64,000 nucleotides of DNA. Source: Octopus vulgaris (Eukaryota). Positions 41,402 to 55,199 of this stretch are shown piece after piece. The stretch covers positions 2,542,001-2,606,000 of the forward strand of contig OX597833.1 in the NCBI GenBank assembly GCA_951406725.2, read 5' to 3'. The position numbers and the translations under genes are program-made. The notes under the pieces were generated by a model. It saw only the letters and a program-made list of their open reading frames with translations, was not told where the DNA came from and ran no database searches. Numbering within the stretch: the stretch's first letter is position 1; each line of letters starts with the position of its first letter.

Positions 41402-42038
41402 GAACACAGAAATAAACAGGGACAGAAAATAGAAAAAGATAGATACGACGAATTTCTCACAATTTCCATCTATCGAATCAACTGACGAAGCTTTGGTCGG
41501 TTCGAGGTCAAAATAGAAGACAATTGCCCAAGATGCCATTCAGTGGAACTGAACCTGGAACCATACGGTTGAGAAGCAAACGTTACACCACACAGCCACG
41601 ATAAATAATTTTTGCGTAATATATGATTATTGATAATTTTCACTAGATTCTTTGTAGCCATATTTATTTTTATTTCGCATTCCTTCATTTCTTAGAATAA
41701 AGTAGTCAACAGAAAGAAAAGGAAATGGAGGCAAGTTTTTTACTGCTCGTTTTCAGTTATCTTAAGAGCAGTGACGATATTTTCTTTGCCTTCTATTGTT
41801 TTCGAGAAAGGAGCGTCAAAAAGAGAAAAGTCTGAGAAAGCTTATAAAGCAAGCAGAAAAAAACTTGCTTCCCTTACCTTTTCTTTCTGTTGACAACTTA
41901 ACACGGTTGAAAGGCAAGCAGCAAAAATATATCTACTTACCTTTCAGTCGTGTTAAGCCAGCAGACATGTTGTCAACTGTTTCGTTTTTTTTCTTCAAAT
42001 ATCAATATCTGTTTTATTGCTTTCTGATATATTTCGTA

Positions 42039-42425
42039 TGGGAGGCGCAATGGCCCAGTGGTTAGGGCAGCGGACTCGCGGTCATAGGATCGCGGTTTCG
42101 ATTCCCAGACCGGGCGTTGTGAGTGTTTATTGAGCGAAAACACCTAAAAAGCTCCACGAGACTCCGGCAGGGGATGGTGGTGATCCCTGCTGTACTCTTT
42201 CGCCACAACTTCCTCTCACTCTTACTTCCCGTTTCTGTTGTACCTGTATTTCAAAGGGCCGGACTTGTCACTCTCTGTGTCACGCTGAATATCCCCGAGA
42301 ACTACGTTAAGGGTACACGTGTCTGTGGAGTGCTCAGCCACTTACACGTTAATTTCACGAGCAGGCTGTTCCGTTGATTTGGATCAACCGGAACACTCAT
42401 CGTCGTAACCGACGGAGTGCTTCCA
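42039..42425 (+). mobile_element. SINE family A copy
   Basis: Near-identical to 6965-7348. Confidence 0.9.
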
Positions 42426-43863
42426 TTTCGTATGATTATTCGGTAACGAAGAAGACACAGTTTATCTTTAGTCTTCTACGTGTTTCAATCGACCCAAGGC
42501 TATAGTAGAAGAGAATATTTTTGATCCCTTCTTAAGACCAGAATTCAGTCATGTGGTCGCAGAGTTTTCGTGACTATTTCATACATAGAGCGAAAAGAAG
42601 AAACCGGACAATATGTATGTGTGTGTGTGTGTGTGTGTGTATGTATATATGTATATGAAGGGCTTCTTTCTGTTTTCCTCTACCAAATCCATTCGCAAGG
42701 CTTTAATCAGCTTGAGGCTATAGTGACCAAGGTGCCACGCAGTGGAACTGAACTCAGAACAATGTGGTTGGGTGGGAAGCATGCTTCTTACCACACAGCC
42801 ACGCCTGCGCCTATGCCAGAAATTAATGGTGACGTTCTTTGATGCCTGTGAACAGAGAGCGCAGAACGGTTTCAATTCACGTTAGGACCAATTTCAAATG
42901 ACTTTTCCTCTTTTCGTTTTACTTCGTCCATTATATTCGTGAAGAAATAAATGTCTCAATGGCCATTGAGACTAAGCAAATATGGGTTACTATGAATATG
43001 GGTTACTAGAAGTGCAAAATAAAAAGTGATCGATTCTTGGTTTACAATTTTAATGAGCGAAAAACTATAAATAGAAAATAAATAAAAACAAATTGCGAAT
43101 AATTAGTTTATTTTTTATTACAGTTCTCACCCACACACTTTCCTTCTGTCCTTCTCTCTCTCTCTCTCCTTTTCTCCCTCATTCTCTCTCTCCCTCCCTA
43201 TCTCCCTCTCTCTCTTTTCTCTCCTTCTCTCATTCACTCTCTCACTTTCTTGTGCACTCTCTCCTTCCATTACTCTTTCACTCTCTCTCTTTTTTCTTCC
43301 TCATTCTCTCACTCCCTCCCTATCTCTCTCTCCTTTCTCTCCTTCTCTCATTCACTCTCTCACTTTCTTACGCTCTCTCTCCTTCTAATACTCTTTCACT
43401 CTCTCACTCTCTCTCTCCTTTTCTCCCTCATTCTCTCTCTCCCTCTCTCTCCTTTCTCTCCTCTCATTCACTCTCTCACTTTCTTACGCTCTCTCTCTCC
43501 TTCTATTACTCTTTCACTCTCTCACTCTCCCTCCGTCAGTCTCTCATTTTCACTCACTTTCACTCTTCTTCTCTTCTCTCTCTTTCTCCCCTTCTCTCCC
43601 TCCCTCCCTGGTTTTGAATCTTTTTTTGTCATTTTTATTTATTAGTTGGTTTTTTTTTATTTTTTCATTCTTTTTTTTCTGGTCAACTTTGGTCTAATCG
43701 AAATGACAGCTAAGTAGGTGAAAGCATATCAGACGATAAGAACTGAAAGAAAAAGCCATTAAAATACAATCACATCCGCTGAAACAGAAATTCCCAAAAA
43801 AAAAACAGTTGAAGATAAATACATTTTTTCATGCGTGTGTATTTGTGTGATGTATATGTGTGT

Positions 43864-43912
<49 letters not shown>

Positions 43913-44699
43913 TGTGTGTGTGTGTGTGTGTTAGTAAATCCGTGCGTGCGCGTGTTAATTAAATTACTAGTCACACTTATATGACATACTTCAGCTTTTA
44001 TTGGAGCTCTTCAGCGAAAGTGCAACACGACACACTTGCTGAAGTAGTCTTCGTCGAATCATTGAATCAACAGAGAGACATCCAGTCGTGGCTGTGCGGT
44101 AAGACGTTCGCTTCCCAACCAACATAGTTCTTGGTTCAGTCCCAGTCCATGGCACCTTGGGCAAGTTCCTTCTAGTATGTCTTTGGACCGACCAATGCCT
44201 TCCGAGTGGATTAGGTAAACAGAAACTGAAAGTAGCCCGTCGTATATATATATATGTATGTGTGTGTGTGTCTGTGTGTCTGTGTGTCTGTGTGTCTGTG
44301 GGTGTGGGTGTCTGTGGGGTGGGGGGTGCGTGTTTCTGTGTTTGCATGTGAGTGTGTCTGTGTTTGTGTTTGTCCCTCACCACCGCTTGACAACCGGGTC
44401 TGGTTCGTTTACGTCCCCAAAACTTAGCAGTTCGGAAAAACAGACCGATAAAATAGGTACCAGCAAGATTTCAGTAATAAGTGCTGGGCTAATTCGTTCA
44501 ACTAAATGTTCTTTCGAGCCGTGCTACAGCATGGCCGCAGTCTAATGACTGAAACAAAGAAACGGTAAAGGATAAAAGATAATTTATCCTCACTTAATCG
44601 AGGATGCTCTCTTAGCACAAGCTATACTGTGGTAGATTGCATGAGAGAACAGCCACGTTTGAGTGGGAATATATATATCACCTGCCTTTGTCGCTAATC

Positions 44700-45540
44700 T
44701 TATAATAATTCTGCTTGTTTCTGCGTTACTTAGCTCGTCCGTAACGCTTCTACGGGATTAGTTGAAACGGAGGGCTGAGGGGCGTTGGTAGGGGTGGTTT
44801 TAAGGGGGATGTGTCGGGAATGGGTGGAGAGGGGAGGGAGAAAGGAGGATAAAGGGAGGGGAAGGAGAGGGAGAGGTGATGGTGAGTGAAATGTGTTTTT
44901 TTCTTCCGTTACTCAGCCCGTCCGTGACGCATCCACGCGGTTAGTTGAAGGGGGAATGCTTGAGGGGTGGAGAAGGTAGGGGGAGACTAGAATGGCGTGG
45001 GTGGAATGGAGAGGTGTGAATGAGAGGAGAGGAGTGGGAATGAGGAGAGGAGGAGGAGTAGGAGGAGAGGAGGAGGAGAGGAGTAGGAGTAGGAGGAGAG
45101 GAGTAGAAGGAGGAAGAGAGGAGGATAAAGGGAGGGGAAGGAGAGGGAGAGGTGGTGGTCAGTGAAATGTGTTTTTCTCCTCTGTTACTTTGCCCGTCTG
45201 TAACGCCTTAGTTGAAGGAAAACGCGAAGAGCGAAAGCGAAAAAGAGAGTAAGTCGAAGAATGAGAGAGAAAGAGGGAGAATCTGTGTGTTAGGTCTATA
45301 TAATTGTGCATAAAGTATATAAAGTATATATATAGAATGCATTAAGTAATCCTCGTATTCCAATTTCTTTCACTTTTCAATGATTAGCAGATGAGCGAAT
45401 GTCATTTGATATAGACACGACACAGGCTACGCTTTCAGGATTTTTGGATTAAGTTTTCAGAAACAATCCAAAAGGTTTACCATTATTTCCATGAAATAAT
45501 CACCGACCCCATTAGTGTTTGTATATATATTTTAAAGATG
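44700..45540 (-). repeat. Element with three internal repeats (gttact..cgtc.gt.acgc..ttagttgaa) separated by purine-rich tracts; possible non-autonomous Helitron
   Basis: Repeats near 44726, 44908 and 45184; minus-strand a|TCTTTAAAATATATA near 45539 resembles a Helitron 5' end; no 3' end identified. Confidence 0.4.
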
Positions 45541-45849
45541 ATTTTTAGTCATAGCGGAAGAGAGTTAATGAAAAATAAAGCGAAATACTGGAGTTTCTGA
45601 TTTGAGCATACGACAAGCAGTTCAAGGGAGAGGAAGTGTTAGTCAATACTATCACCCCTAGAACTCGACTAGTGGGTGCTTAAGTGATCGACCCCGGGGG
45701 AGTGAAAAGTGGAGTCAGAGAGATTCGAACGCAGAGCGCAGGCGAATACTACGAAGTAATCTAGCCGTTACTCTTGCAACTCCACCGATTCGCCAGCGTA
45801 AATATGTGTGTGTGCATATATATATCTATATATATACACACACACACAG

Positions 45850-45940
<91 letters not shown>

Positions 45941-45941
<1 letters not shown>

Positions 45942-46754
45942 GTTTAAATATTTGTTGTGCAAGATTTTTTATGTGAAGTCGTGTGTTGAAACAGATATTG
46001 TTATATTTCGGAATGGTCATATTGCCAGTTTAGCCAATAAAAACACACGCACTATATATTTGGTGTTATTTTGCTTCAGTGATATTTATTTTTTACATTA
46101 ATCTTAATCTTATTTCGGCCAAAGTTCTTTCGTCACACTCCTGTGACCGCATCAGTGGTCCTTTGTTTTCTTCTCACTTACTTGTGTCTCTCCTTACTAA
46201 CCGTCAGCCATTTTGTATTTCTATTGTATGTCTTCATTTGCGCATGCTTATATCTCTATGTGCGTCTATGTTTATTTAGTGTGGGGGGGGATGTCTGTAA
46301 TATTTGTATCTTCTGGTTATATACATTCTTGTAATTTGTATTTTGTTTTTGTTGTTGTTGTTGGGTGGATGTAAACACATGAACAAAATTAGAGCAACAA
46401 CAACAAAAACAAAATACAAATTACAAGAATGTATATAACCAGAAGATACAAATATTACAGACATCCCCCCCACACACACTAAATAAACATAGACGCACAT
46501 AGAGATATAAGCATGCGCAAATGAAGACATACAATAGAAATACAAAATGGCTGACGGTTAGTAGGAGAGACACAAGTAAGTGAGAAGAAAACAAAGGACC
46601 ACTGATGCGGTCACAGGAGTGTGACGAAAGAACTTTGGCCGAAATAAGATTAAGATTAATGTAAAAAATAAATATCACTGAAGCAAAATAACACCAAATA
46701 TATAGTGCGTGTGTTTTTATTGGCTAAACTGGCAATATGACCATTCCGAAATAT

Positions 46755-46762
<8 letters not shown>
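45941..46762. mobile_element. Foldback element in (TA)n: inverted arms 45995-46360 and 46395-46762, each with a hammerhead-like motif
   Basis: Arms are reverse complements with only a few small differences; 34-nt spacer. Confidence 0.9.
46596..46640 (+). ncRNA. Hammerhead-like motif with A9C core (also 46117-46161 minus and 4929-4973 plus)
   Basis: GGACCA-CUGAUGC-G-GUCAC(AGGAGU)GUGAC-GAAA-GAAC-UU-UGGCC. Confidence 0.62.
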
Positions 46763-46806
<44 letters not shown>

Positions 46807-46899
46807 TTATGTTTATGTATGTACATATATTCAATATGTAACCGCCTGTTAGCGATTTTTTTCTCCGTCTTCCCTTCCTTGGATCTTTCCTCTTTCTAT

Positions 46900-46934
46900 G
46901 TTTCTGACGATGAGCTCCGCTCGAAACGTTAAAT
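46900..46934 (+). ncRNA. Minimal type I hammerhead motif (PLE type)
   Basis: GUUU-CUGACGA-U-GAGC(UCC)GCUC-GAAA-CG-UU-AAAU; palindromic AACGUU stem III. Confidence 0.78.
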
Positions 46935-47068
46935 CCTCCTTCTTTCTTTCCTTTCCTGAGCGTCCAATAACACTATACTTGTTTCACGTCCTCGCGTTGT
47001 AGTGTTTTCTCTTTGTGTTTTCATGTTTGGATAAACTATATATATATGTGTGTGTGTATGTTTATATA

Positions 47069-47158
<90 letters not shown>

Positions 47159-47491
47159 AAAGTGTGTGTTTGTGTGTGTATGTGTATAAACATACATATA
47201 GACACAAATACACACAGACAAACGGACAGAGGGATAGACAGACAGGCATACAGGCAGACAGTCAAACTGACAGATAAGGAGAGAGTGGAAGAGGGAGTTA
47301 CTTCCATTCAAGTCCGAGATTAACCATTAATCATAAAAAAAAAGACTGTCAGTTTCACCGTCTTTGGTTCATCGGGTAATCACGTAAAGAGCTTTTTTTC
47401 TTTTCTGAATATTGAGATAATAATGACAATATACATACGTACTCACATACATATAAACATAGACAAACAGGCATATACATTTATACATACA

Positions 47492-47633
<142 letters not shown>

Positions 47634-47687
47634 ATATGTATATATATATATATATACATGTATATATGTATATATATATATACACAC

Positions 47688-47729
<42 letters not shown>

Positions 47730-47916
47730 GTATATATGTATATATATATATATATACTTGTGTGTTCGTGCGTGTGCGTACAGACATATGAATATAGACA
47801 TACGTACATATGTGCGTATGTATTTATTTATGAATATTCATACAAACACGTATATAAAAATATGTATGCAGATGTGTGTGATTGTATGTGTATGAATGTA
47901 TACGCACGCATGCACA

Positions 47917-47949
<33 letters not shown>

Positions 47950-48125
47950 GCTCAAAACACACACACACACGTTCCTCATTTTGTTTTGTATTTTGTATTT
48001 TGTATTTGTTTAATTTTCCTTTCGAATTTCCACTTGTGACAGTTTATCGCTTCAATTTATTTACCCACAATCTACATAACAACCTCATGTACCACATCAA
48101 ACAGTGTTTGTCTGTATACCATTTC

Positions 48126-48158
<33 letters not shown>

Positions 48159-48549
48159 TTTTTTCTATTTCTTCGACTTCAAAATTAAATTTCTTTCCTC
48201 ATTATTACTATATGAAGCAAACCTTTAAGCTACTTCAACATTTCATAAATGAAATTACATTATCATACGAATGACTTTATTGTTATTTGTCGCACTTGTC
48301 ATCACCATTATTCAAAATGAAAAAGCAAAATGATAAGCAAAATTGTTAACACGCCGGATAAAACACCTAACGTCATTTCGTCCGTATTTCCGTACTGAGT
48401 TCAGATTGAACCGAGATTGACCTTGCTTTTCATCCATTTCGGGCTCTATACAATACGTTCCTGTTAAACACAGAGATCGATGTAATATATTTGCACCCAA
48501 CCCGTGAAAATTGCTGGCCCTAAAATAAAGAAAAATGTTATAATGTATT

Positions 48550-48970
48550 ATGTTCGGTGTTGGTATGAAAGATGGGCTACAAGCAAATATCCTGCTCATT
48601 TGCTTGAGTTTAACCAGTTGAGCATGTCGACGATATGTGGATCTCTGATCAAGAGCAGAAATAGTAGGGAGGAACATCATTGCCATGCATTGAGAGGAAT
48701 TCCTTTCCACCTCTGGAAACATGGGTGTTTTGTTCATTATGCATAAACAGGGACCTTGTGAACGGTACGGGCTACTCAACCTGAGGAAAATTCTAACTGG
48801 GCCCCACCTGTAAGGTCGTACACTGTTTATCTTGATATGAGATCACTATGCCGTACACATATGCTTGTGATGCATGTATCTGGTGTACCCTTATCAGACA
48901 GGTAGTCATGATGGGTATGCTGGGCTTCGTATATTTGTACCCCAGTGTCTCTTTGATGACGTGCGCTGCT
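48550..48970 (+). repeat. Diverged copy of the 2357-2911 repeat
   Basis: Shared blocks such as gatgggctac, aaaattctaactgggccccac and ctggtgtacccttatcagac. Confidence 0.75.
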
Positions 48971-49731
48971 CAAGACGAAATTGCCAGGATTTGGACTATG
49001 AGGTGAGCGTCTTTCATTCCAGTATTTGCAGGGGCACTCGGGGTACTTACAACCAAGTTCAAGAAATATGTCAGAGAAATCGGAATTTACCTGAGAGCAG
49101 AGCAAGCCCCAAAACGCTGCGCTGCTGGGGACAGCTAGGATCTTGTAATTGGTACTCTTTTACTCTTTTATTTGTTTCAGTCATTTGACTGTTGCCATGC
49201 TGGAGCACCACCTTTAGTCGAGCAAATCGACCCCAGGACTTATTCTTCGCAAGCCTAGTACTTATTCTATCGGTCGCTTTTGCCGAACCGCTAAGTTACG
49301 GGGACGTAAACACACCAGCATCGGTTGTCGAGCGATATTGGGGTGGGGGACAAACACAGACACACAAGCATATACATACACACATATATACATACATACG
49401 ACGGGCCTCTTTCAGTTTCCGTCTACCAAATCCACTCACAAGGCTTTGGTCGGCCCGAGGATATAGTGGAAAACACTTGCCCAAGGTGCCATCCAGTGGG
49501 ACTGAACCCGCAACCATGTGGATGGTAAGCAAGATACTTACCACACAACCACACCTACGCCTAGGTGCTTAGATGTTGAGTGTCTCTCACAATTATTAAC
49601 AACCAAATATCAAACCTTAGAATGTGTGGTAAGAGAACCTGTGAGACCTCTGACGACGGACTGCTGTCCTCTCTCACAGAACCCAACTGAACAAACAAAA
49701 CCGAACGCTGTAAATAAAACAATAATACTGC

Positions 49732-49773
<42 letters not shown>

Positions 49774-51254
49774 TCTTTTCTAATACAGCACAATGCATGA
49801 ACTTTTGAGGGAGGGGGCAAGTCGATTAAATCGACCCCAGTAGTTCACTATCGCGAAAGGACAGAAGGCAAAGTTGAGCTCAACGAAATTTGAACTTTGA
49901 ACGTAGTGGCTGTGTGGTAAGTAGCTTGCTTACCAACCACATGGTTCCGGGTTCAGTCCCACTGTGTGGCACCTTGGTCAAGTGTCTTCTACTATAGCCT
50001 CGGGCCGACCAATGCCTTGTGAGTGGATTTGGTAGACGGAAACTGAAAGCCTGTCGGATATATGTATATATATATATGTGTGTGTGCGTGTGTGTTTGTG
50101 TGTTTGTGTGCCTGTGCTTATCCCCCTAGCATTGCTTGATAACCGATGCTGGTGTGTTTATGTCCCCGTCACTTAGCGGTTCGGCAAAAGAGACCGATAG
50201 AATAAGTACTGGGCTTACAAAAGAATAAGTCCCGGGTTCGAGTTGCACGATTAAAGACGGTGCTCCAGCATGGCTGCAGTCAAATGACTGAAACAAGTAA
50301 AAGAGTAACCAGAAGAAAAGCCAAGCATTTTGTCCGTCGCGCTAACACTTGAGCCTGCTTCTGTTCTCAAACCATTGTTCTCCACCAGAAAAACAAGAAA
50401 ACAAAGGAGATTGCAATGTTCTTGTCACAGGCCGTTGTTCTTCTTCCATTTTACCATTGTATCAACGGAATATTAAATAAGTCCAAACCTTTCAACTTGA
50501 CTCTAATTGTTTTCCCTCCATTCACTTCGTGGCTTCATTTATCCTCTCTGATCGTTCTAATAGCATTTCTAATCACTTTTTTTGTTGCTGGTTGTGGTGG
50601 TGGTGGTGGTGGTGGTGGTGGTGGTGGTGGTGGTGGTGGTGGTGGTGGTGGTGGTGATGGTGGTGATGGTGGTGGTGGTGATGGTGGTGGTGGTGGTGGT
50701 GGTGGTGGTGGTGGTGGTGGTGGTGGTGGTGGTGGTGGTGGTGGTGGTGGTGGTGATGGTATTGGTGGTGGTGGTGGTGGTGATGGTGGTATTGGTGGTG
50801 GTGGTGGGGGTATTGGTGGTGGTGGTATTGGTGGTGGTGGTGGTGGTGGTGGTGGTGGTGGTGGTGGTGATGGTGGTGGTGGTGGTTATGGTGGTGGTGG
50901 TGGTGGTGGTGGTGATGATGGTGGTGGTATTGGTGGTGGTGGTGGTGGTGGTGGTGATGGTGGTATTGGTGGTGGTGGTGGTGGTGGTGGGGGTATTGGT
51001 GGTGGTGGTATTGGTATTGGTGGTGGTGGTATTGGTGGTGGTGGTGGTCTCGTCGTCGTCATCGTCGTGTCGCTTTCTTTTTCTTCTCTTCCTCCTCCTC
51101 CTGCCTCTGTATTTTCTTTTTCTTCCTCACCCTCCTATTCTTTTTCTTATTCTATTTCTTCTTCTTTCTTTTCTTCTCTTCCTCATTCTTCTTCCCAGCT
51201 CCATCCTCTTTCTTTCTCTTTTTCTCTTCCTTACCTTCTTCTTCTCCTCCTCCT

Positions 51255-51720
51255 TCTCCTCCTCTTCATAATCTTTTAATTATTCCCTTTTTTTTACTCC
51301 TTCTTTCTCTCTCCCTCATTCTTATTCTTCTCTTTTTCTTCTTTTTTCTTTTCCTTCTCTTGCTTCTTCTTCGTCTTCTTCTCCTTCATCATCATCATCA
51401 TTATCATCTTCTTCTCCTCTTCCTCTTCCCCCTTCTTTTTCTTCTCCTCATCCTCTTCTTTGTCATCCGTCTCTTCCTTCTTTTCTACTCTTTCCTCCTC
51501 CTCCTCCTCCTCCTCCTCCTCTTCATAATCTTTTAATTATTCCCTTTTTTTTACTCCCTCTTTCTCTCTTCCTCATTCTTATTCTTTTCTTTTTGTTCTT
51601 CTTTTTCTTTTCCTTCCCTTGCTTCTTCTTCTTCTTCTCCTCCCCCTCCTCTTCCTCATTCTTTTTCTTCTCCTCATCCTCTTCTTTATTACCTGTCTCT
51701 TCTCTTCCTTTTTTTCCTAC
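51255..51720. repeat. About 264-bp pyrimidine-rich tandem duplication
   Basis: tcttcataatcttttaattattccctttttttactcc occurs near 51262 and 51520 with colinear downstream sequence. Confidence 0.85.
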
Positions 51721-52231
51721 TCTTTATTTCTCCTCCTCCTCATTCTTACCCTCTTCCTTTCCATTCTTTCCTTTCTTTTCCATATCTTTCTCATTCTCCT
51801 TCTCCTTCTCCTCCAACTCCCCTCCCCACCTTCTCCCCCTCTCTCTCTCTTCCATCTTTCCTCCTCTTTCTTTCTTCATCTTCTTGTCGTTCGTGACTAC
51901 TCTTACTCTTGATGATGCCGATGATGCTGATGTAGTTACCGTTGTTGATATTGATCCAAAACATTCGTGTAACCTTCCACGTTGATGTTGATCTCATTTG
52001 TATGATGTTATTCTTGTTGTTCCTAGCGCTGAGATGGCGGGGTGGCGGCGGCGGCGGAGGTATTGCTGTTTTTTTTTGGTCATTGTTTTTTGCTGTCGGT
52101 TGACGCTTCCATTGTTGATCCTTAAATCATTCGCTGAAATCCTTCACAGACTTTCATCCCCTTCGTATTATCTCCGTTTCTGGTGTCGTTGCTCTTTCCC
52201 AGCCTTTTGACGACTTGTATATTAATGAGCG

Positions 52232-52616
52232 TGGAGGCGCAATGGCCCAGTGGTTAGGGCAGCGGACTCGCGGTCATAGGATCGCGGTTTCGATTCCCAG
52301 ACCGAGCGTTGAGAGTGTTTATTGAACAAAAACCCATAAAAAGCTCCACGAGGCTCCGGCAGGGGATGGTGCTGATCCCTGCTGCACTCTTTCACCACAA
52401 CTTTCTCTCACTCTTACTTCCTGTTTCTGTTGTACCTGTATTTCAATGGGCCGGCCTTGTCACTCTCTGTGTCACGCTGAATATCCCCGAGAACTACGTT
52501 AAGGGTACACGTGTCTGTGGAGTGCTCAGCCACTTACACGTTAATTTCACGAGCAGGCTGTTCCGTTGATTCGGATCAACCGGAACCCTCATCGTCATAA
52601 CCGACGGAGTGCTTCC
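52232..52616 (+). mobile_element. SINE family A copy
   Basis: Near-identical to 6965-7348. Confidence 0.9.
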
Positions 52617-52838
52617 ATTCCATATTAATGAGCGATCGTTTCGACTTACCAAGCAACCTAATATCCCACGCGTAATTCATTCATGGTCTCAAAAATACAA
52701 TTACTCAAACAACACTCGCAAAAGCAATGAAAAGCTTCTCATCTCCAAACGAAGAACATCTGCTCCAGAGGGTCTCAACATGCTTTTCAGTACAACATCT
52801 ACATTGGACGATAGGTGTTCTCGTCTTGTTTGTTGTCA

Positions 52839-52882
52839 ACACAGCGTTTCAGCTGGTGTACTCTCCAGCCTTCATCAGGTGT
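52839..52882 (-). ncRNA. Minimal hammerhead with U16.1C change
   Basis: ACAC-CUGAUGA-A-GGCUGG(AGAGUACA)CCAGCU-GAAA-CG-CU-GUGU. Confidence 0.7.
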
Positions 52883-53969
52883 CCTGGTGGGATTTCGAAC
52901 CCAATCCTCTATTTCACTAATGGGGTACTCTCTTCTCATTTCTAGTACTTATTTTTTAAAAGCCTCTTTTACCGAACCGCTGAAGTTACGGGGACATAAA
53001 CCCACCAACACTGGTGGTAAAGAAGTGATGGAGGACAGATACAGACACGAAGACACACACACACACACACACAGATATACATATGTATATCGATATACAA
53101 TGGGCTTCTTCTCAGTTTCCGTCTATCAAATCCATTCAGAAGGCTTTGGTCGGCCCGAGGCTACAGTACAAGACATTGTGGGACTGAACCCAGACCAATA
53201 TGGTCGGGAAGTAAGCTTCTTACTACACAGCCACGCTTGCGTATATATATATATATACGTATATATAGTATGTGTATATTTATATATATATGTGTATATG
53301 TATTTATATATATACATATTTCTTCATTTCTTTATTGCCCACAGAGGGCTAAACACAGAGGGGCCAAACAAAGAAATTAAGTCGATTATATCCACCCCAA
53401 TATTCAACTGGTACTTATTTAATCGACCCCGAAAGGATGAAAGGCAAAGTCGACCTCGGCGGAATTTGAACTCAGAACGTAATGGCAGACGAAATACTGC
53501 TAAGCATTTCGCCCGGCGTGCTAACGTTTCTGCCAGCTCGCCGCCTTATATAGATATGCACACGTAATGCATGTCTATGTATGTATGCATGTATGTGTGC
53601 ATATTTGTGTGTATGTACATATTGATGGATGGATGGATAGATTTATTTGTGTGTAAAGTGTGAGTGTTGATTTTCATCATAATGTCAAAAAAAAGACACT
53701 GATAAAGAAACAATGAGCAGAAACGAAAACGTAAATGATTTTTCAAAATCGTATTAAACAATATCTCAAACGATCTGTCGGTATTCGCTGCTTGGTCGTA
53801 TATAACCACAGCAACCGGAAAATTGTTCAAATATATGGCGTTGAAACGGTGTTAACTTCCGGATAATTCCGGCGCCGTCACCTCGCAACGGAATATTGAC
53901 GGATTAAACCGAAGTGCGTATGGCGGCGGGAAAGTAAACGTGGTTGGAAGTGGAGGAGGATCAGGATGT

Positions 53970-54084
53970 ACATGTGTGCGCGTGTGCATGTGTGTGTGTG
54001 TGTGTGCGTGTGTTTGTGTATGTTTGTGCATGTGTGTGTGTGTGTGTGTGTGCATGCGTGTATGTGTGTGTGTGTGTGTGCGTG

Positions 54085-54125
<41 letters not shown>

Positions 54126-54273
54126 ACGTGTATGTGTGTGTGTGTGTGCGTGCGTATGTGTGTGTGTATGTGTGTGTATGTGTGCGTGTGTGTGTGTATG
54201 CGTGTACGTGTATGTGTGTATGTGTGTGTATGTGTGTGTGTGTTTGTGTGCGTGTGTGTGTGTGTGTGCGTGT

Positions 54274-54337
<64 letters not shown>

Positions 54338-54452
54338 GCATGTGTGTGCGTGTGCGTGTATGTGTGTGTGTGCGTGCGTGTATGTGTGTGTCCGTGTATG
54401 CGTGTGTTTGTGTATGCGTGTATGTGTGCGTGTGTGTGTCCGTGTATGCGTG

Positions 54453-54487
<35 letters not shown>

Positions 54488-54490
54488 GTG
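53970..54490. repeat. Long imperfect (TG)n tract
   Basis: Direct reading. Confidence 0.97.
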
Positions 54491-55199
54491 TTGGGCTTAA
54501 TAAATCTTAAACTGAGTGTTTAGAAAGAAGCGGTGGTGGTTTTGGTGGTGGAAGCGCTGGTTATGTTGGTGTTGGTGCTGGTGATGATGGTAGAAGTAGG
54601 GGGTGGGGGACTGGTGGTGTCGCCGGTGGTTACGGCAGTGGAAGTGGCCCTTGTGCTACTGCTGCTGCTGCTGCTGCTGGTGGTGGTGGTGGTTTTGGTG
54701 TTGGCAACGATGGTAGTGGTTGCTGTTGGTGCTGGTGAGAGCGACTCCAAGAGTGGCGGCGATGATGCCAGTGGTGCTGGAGATGGTAGTGGTGGTAGTG
54801 ATTAAGTTGACGATGGTGGCGCTTATGGTGGTGGTCGTGGTCGTCGTGGTGTTGCTGGTGGTGATGTGTTGGCGATAGTTGTGGTGGTGATGGTAATGGC
54901 AGCGGTGGTAGTGATGGCGAGATTTTCAGAGGTGATGATATAAGTATCTTTGAGTCTGGGAGATGATGGTGATGATGGTGATGATGATTATGATGATGAT
55001 GACGACGATGATGACGATGGCGAGGATGATGATGATGATGAAGAAGAGGAGGAGGAGGAGGAGGAGGGTGAGGATGATGATGATGATGATGACGATGGCG
55101 ATGATGATGATGATAGTGATGACGATGAGAAGAAGGAGGAGAGGAAGAGGAGGAGGGTGATGATGATGAGTGTGTGACCGTTAGTGTGGGTACGAGTTG

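Noticed and set aside
49638-49680. CUGACGA-GGAC/GUCC hairpin; possible miRNA or hammerhead
   Set aside because: No GAAA strand; too short and irregular for a pre-miRNA.
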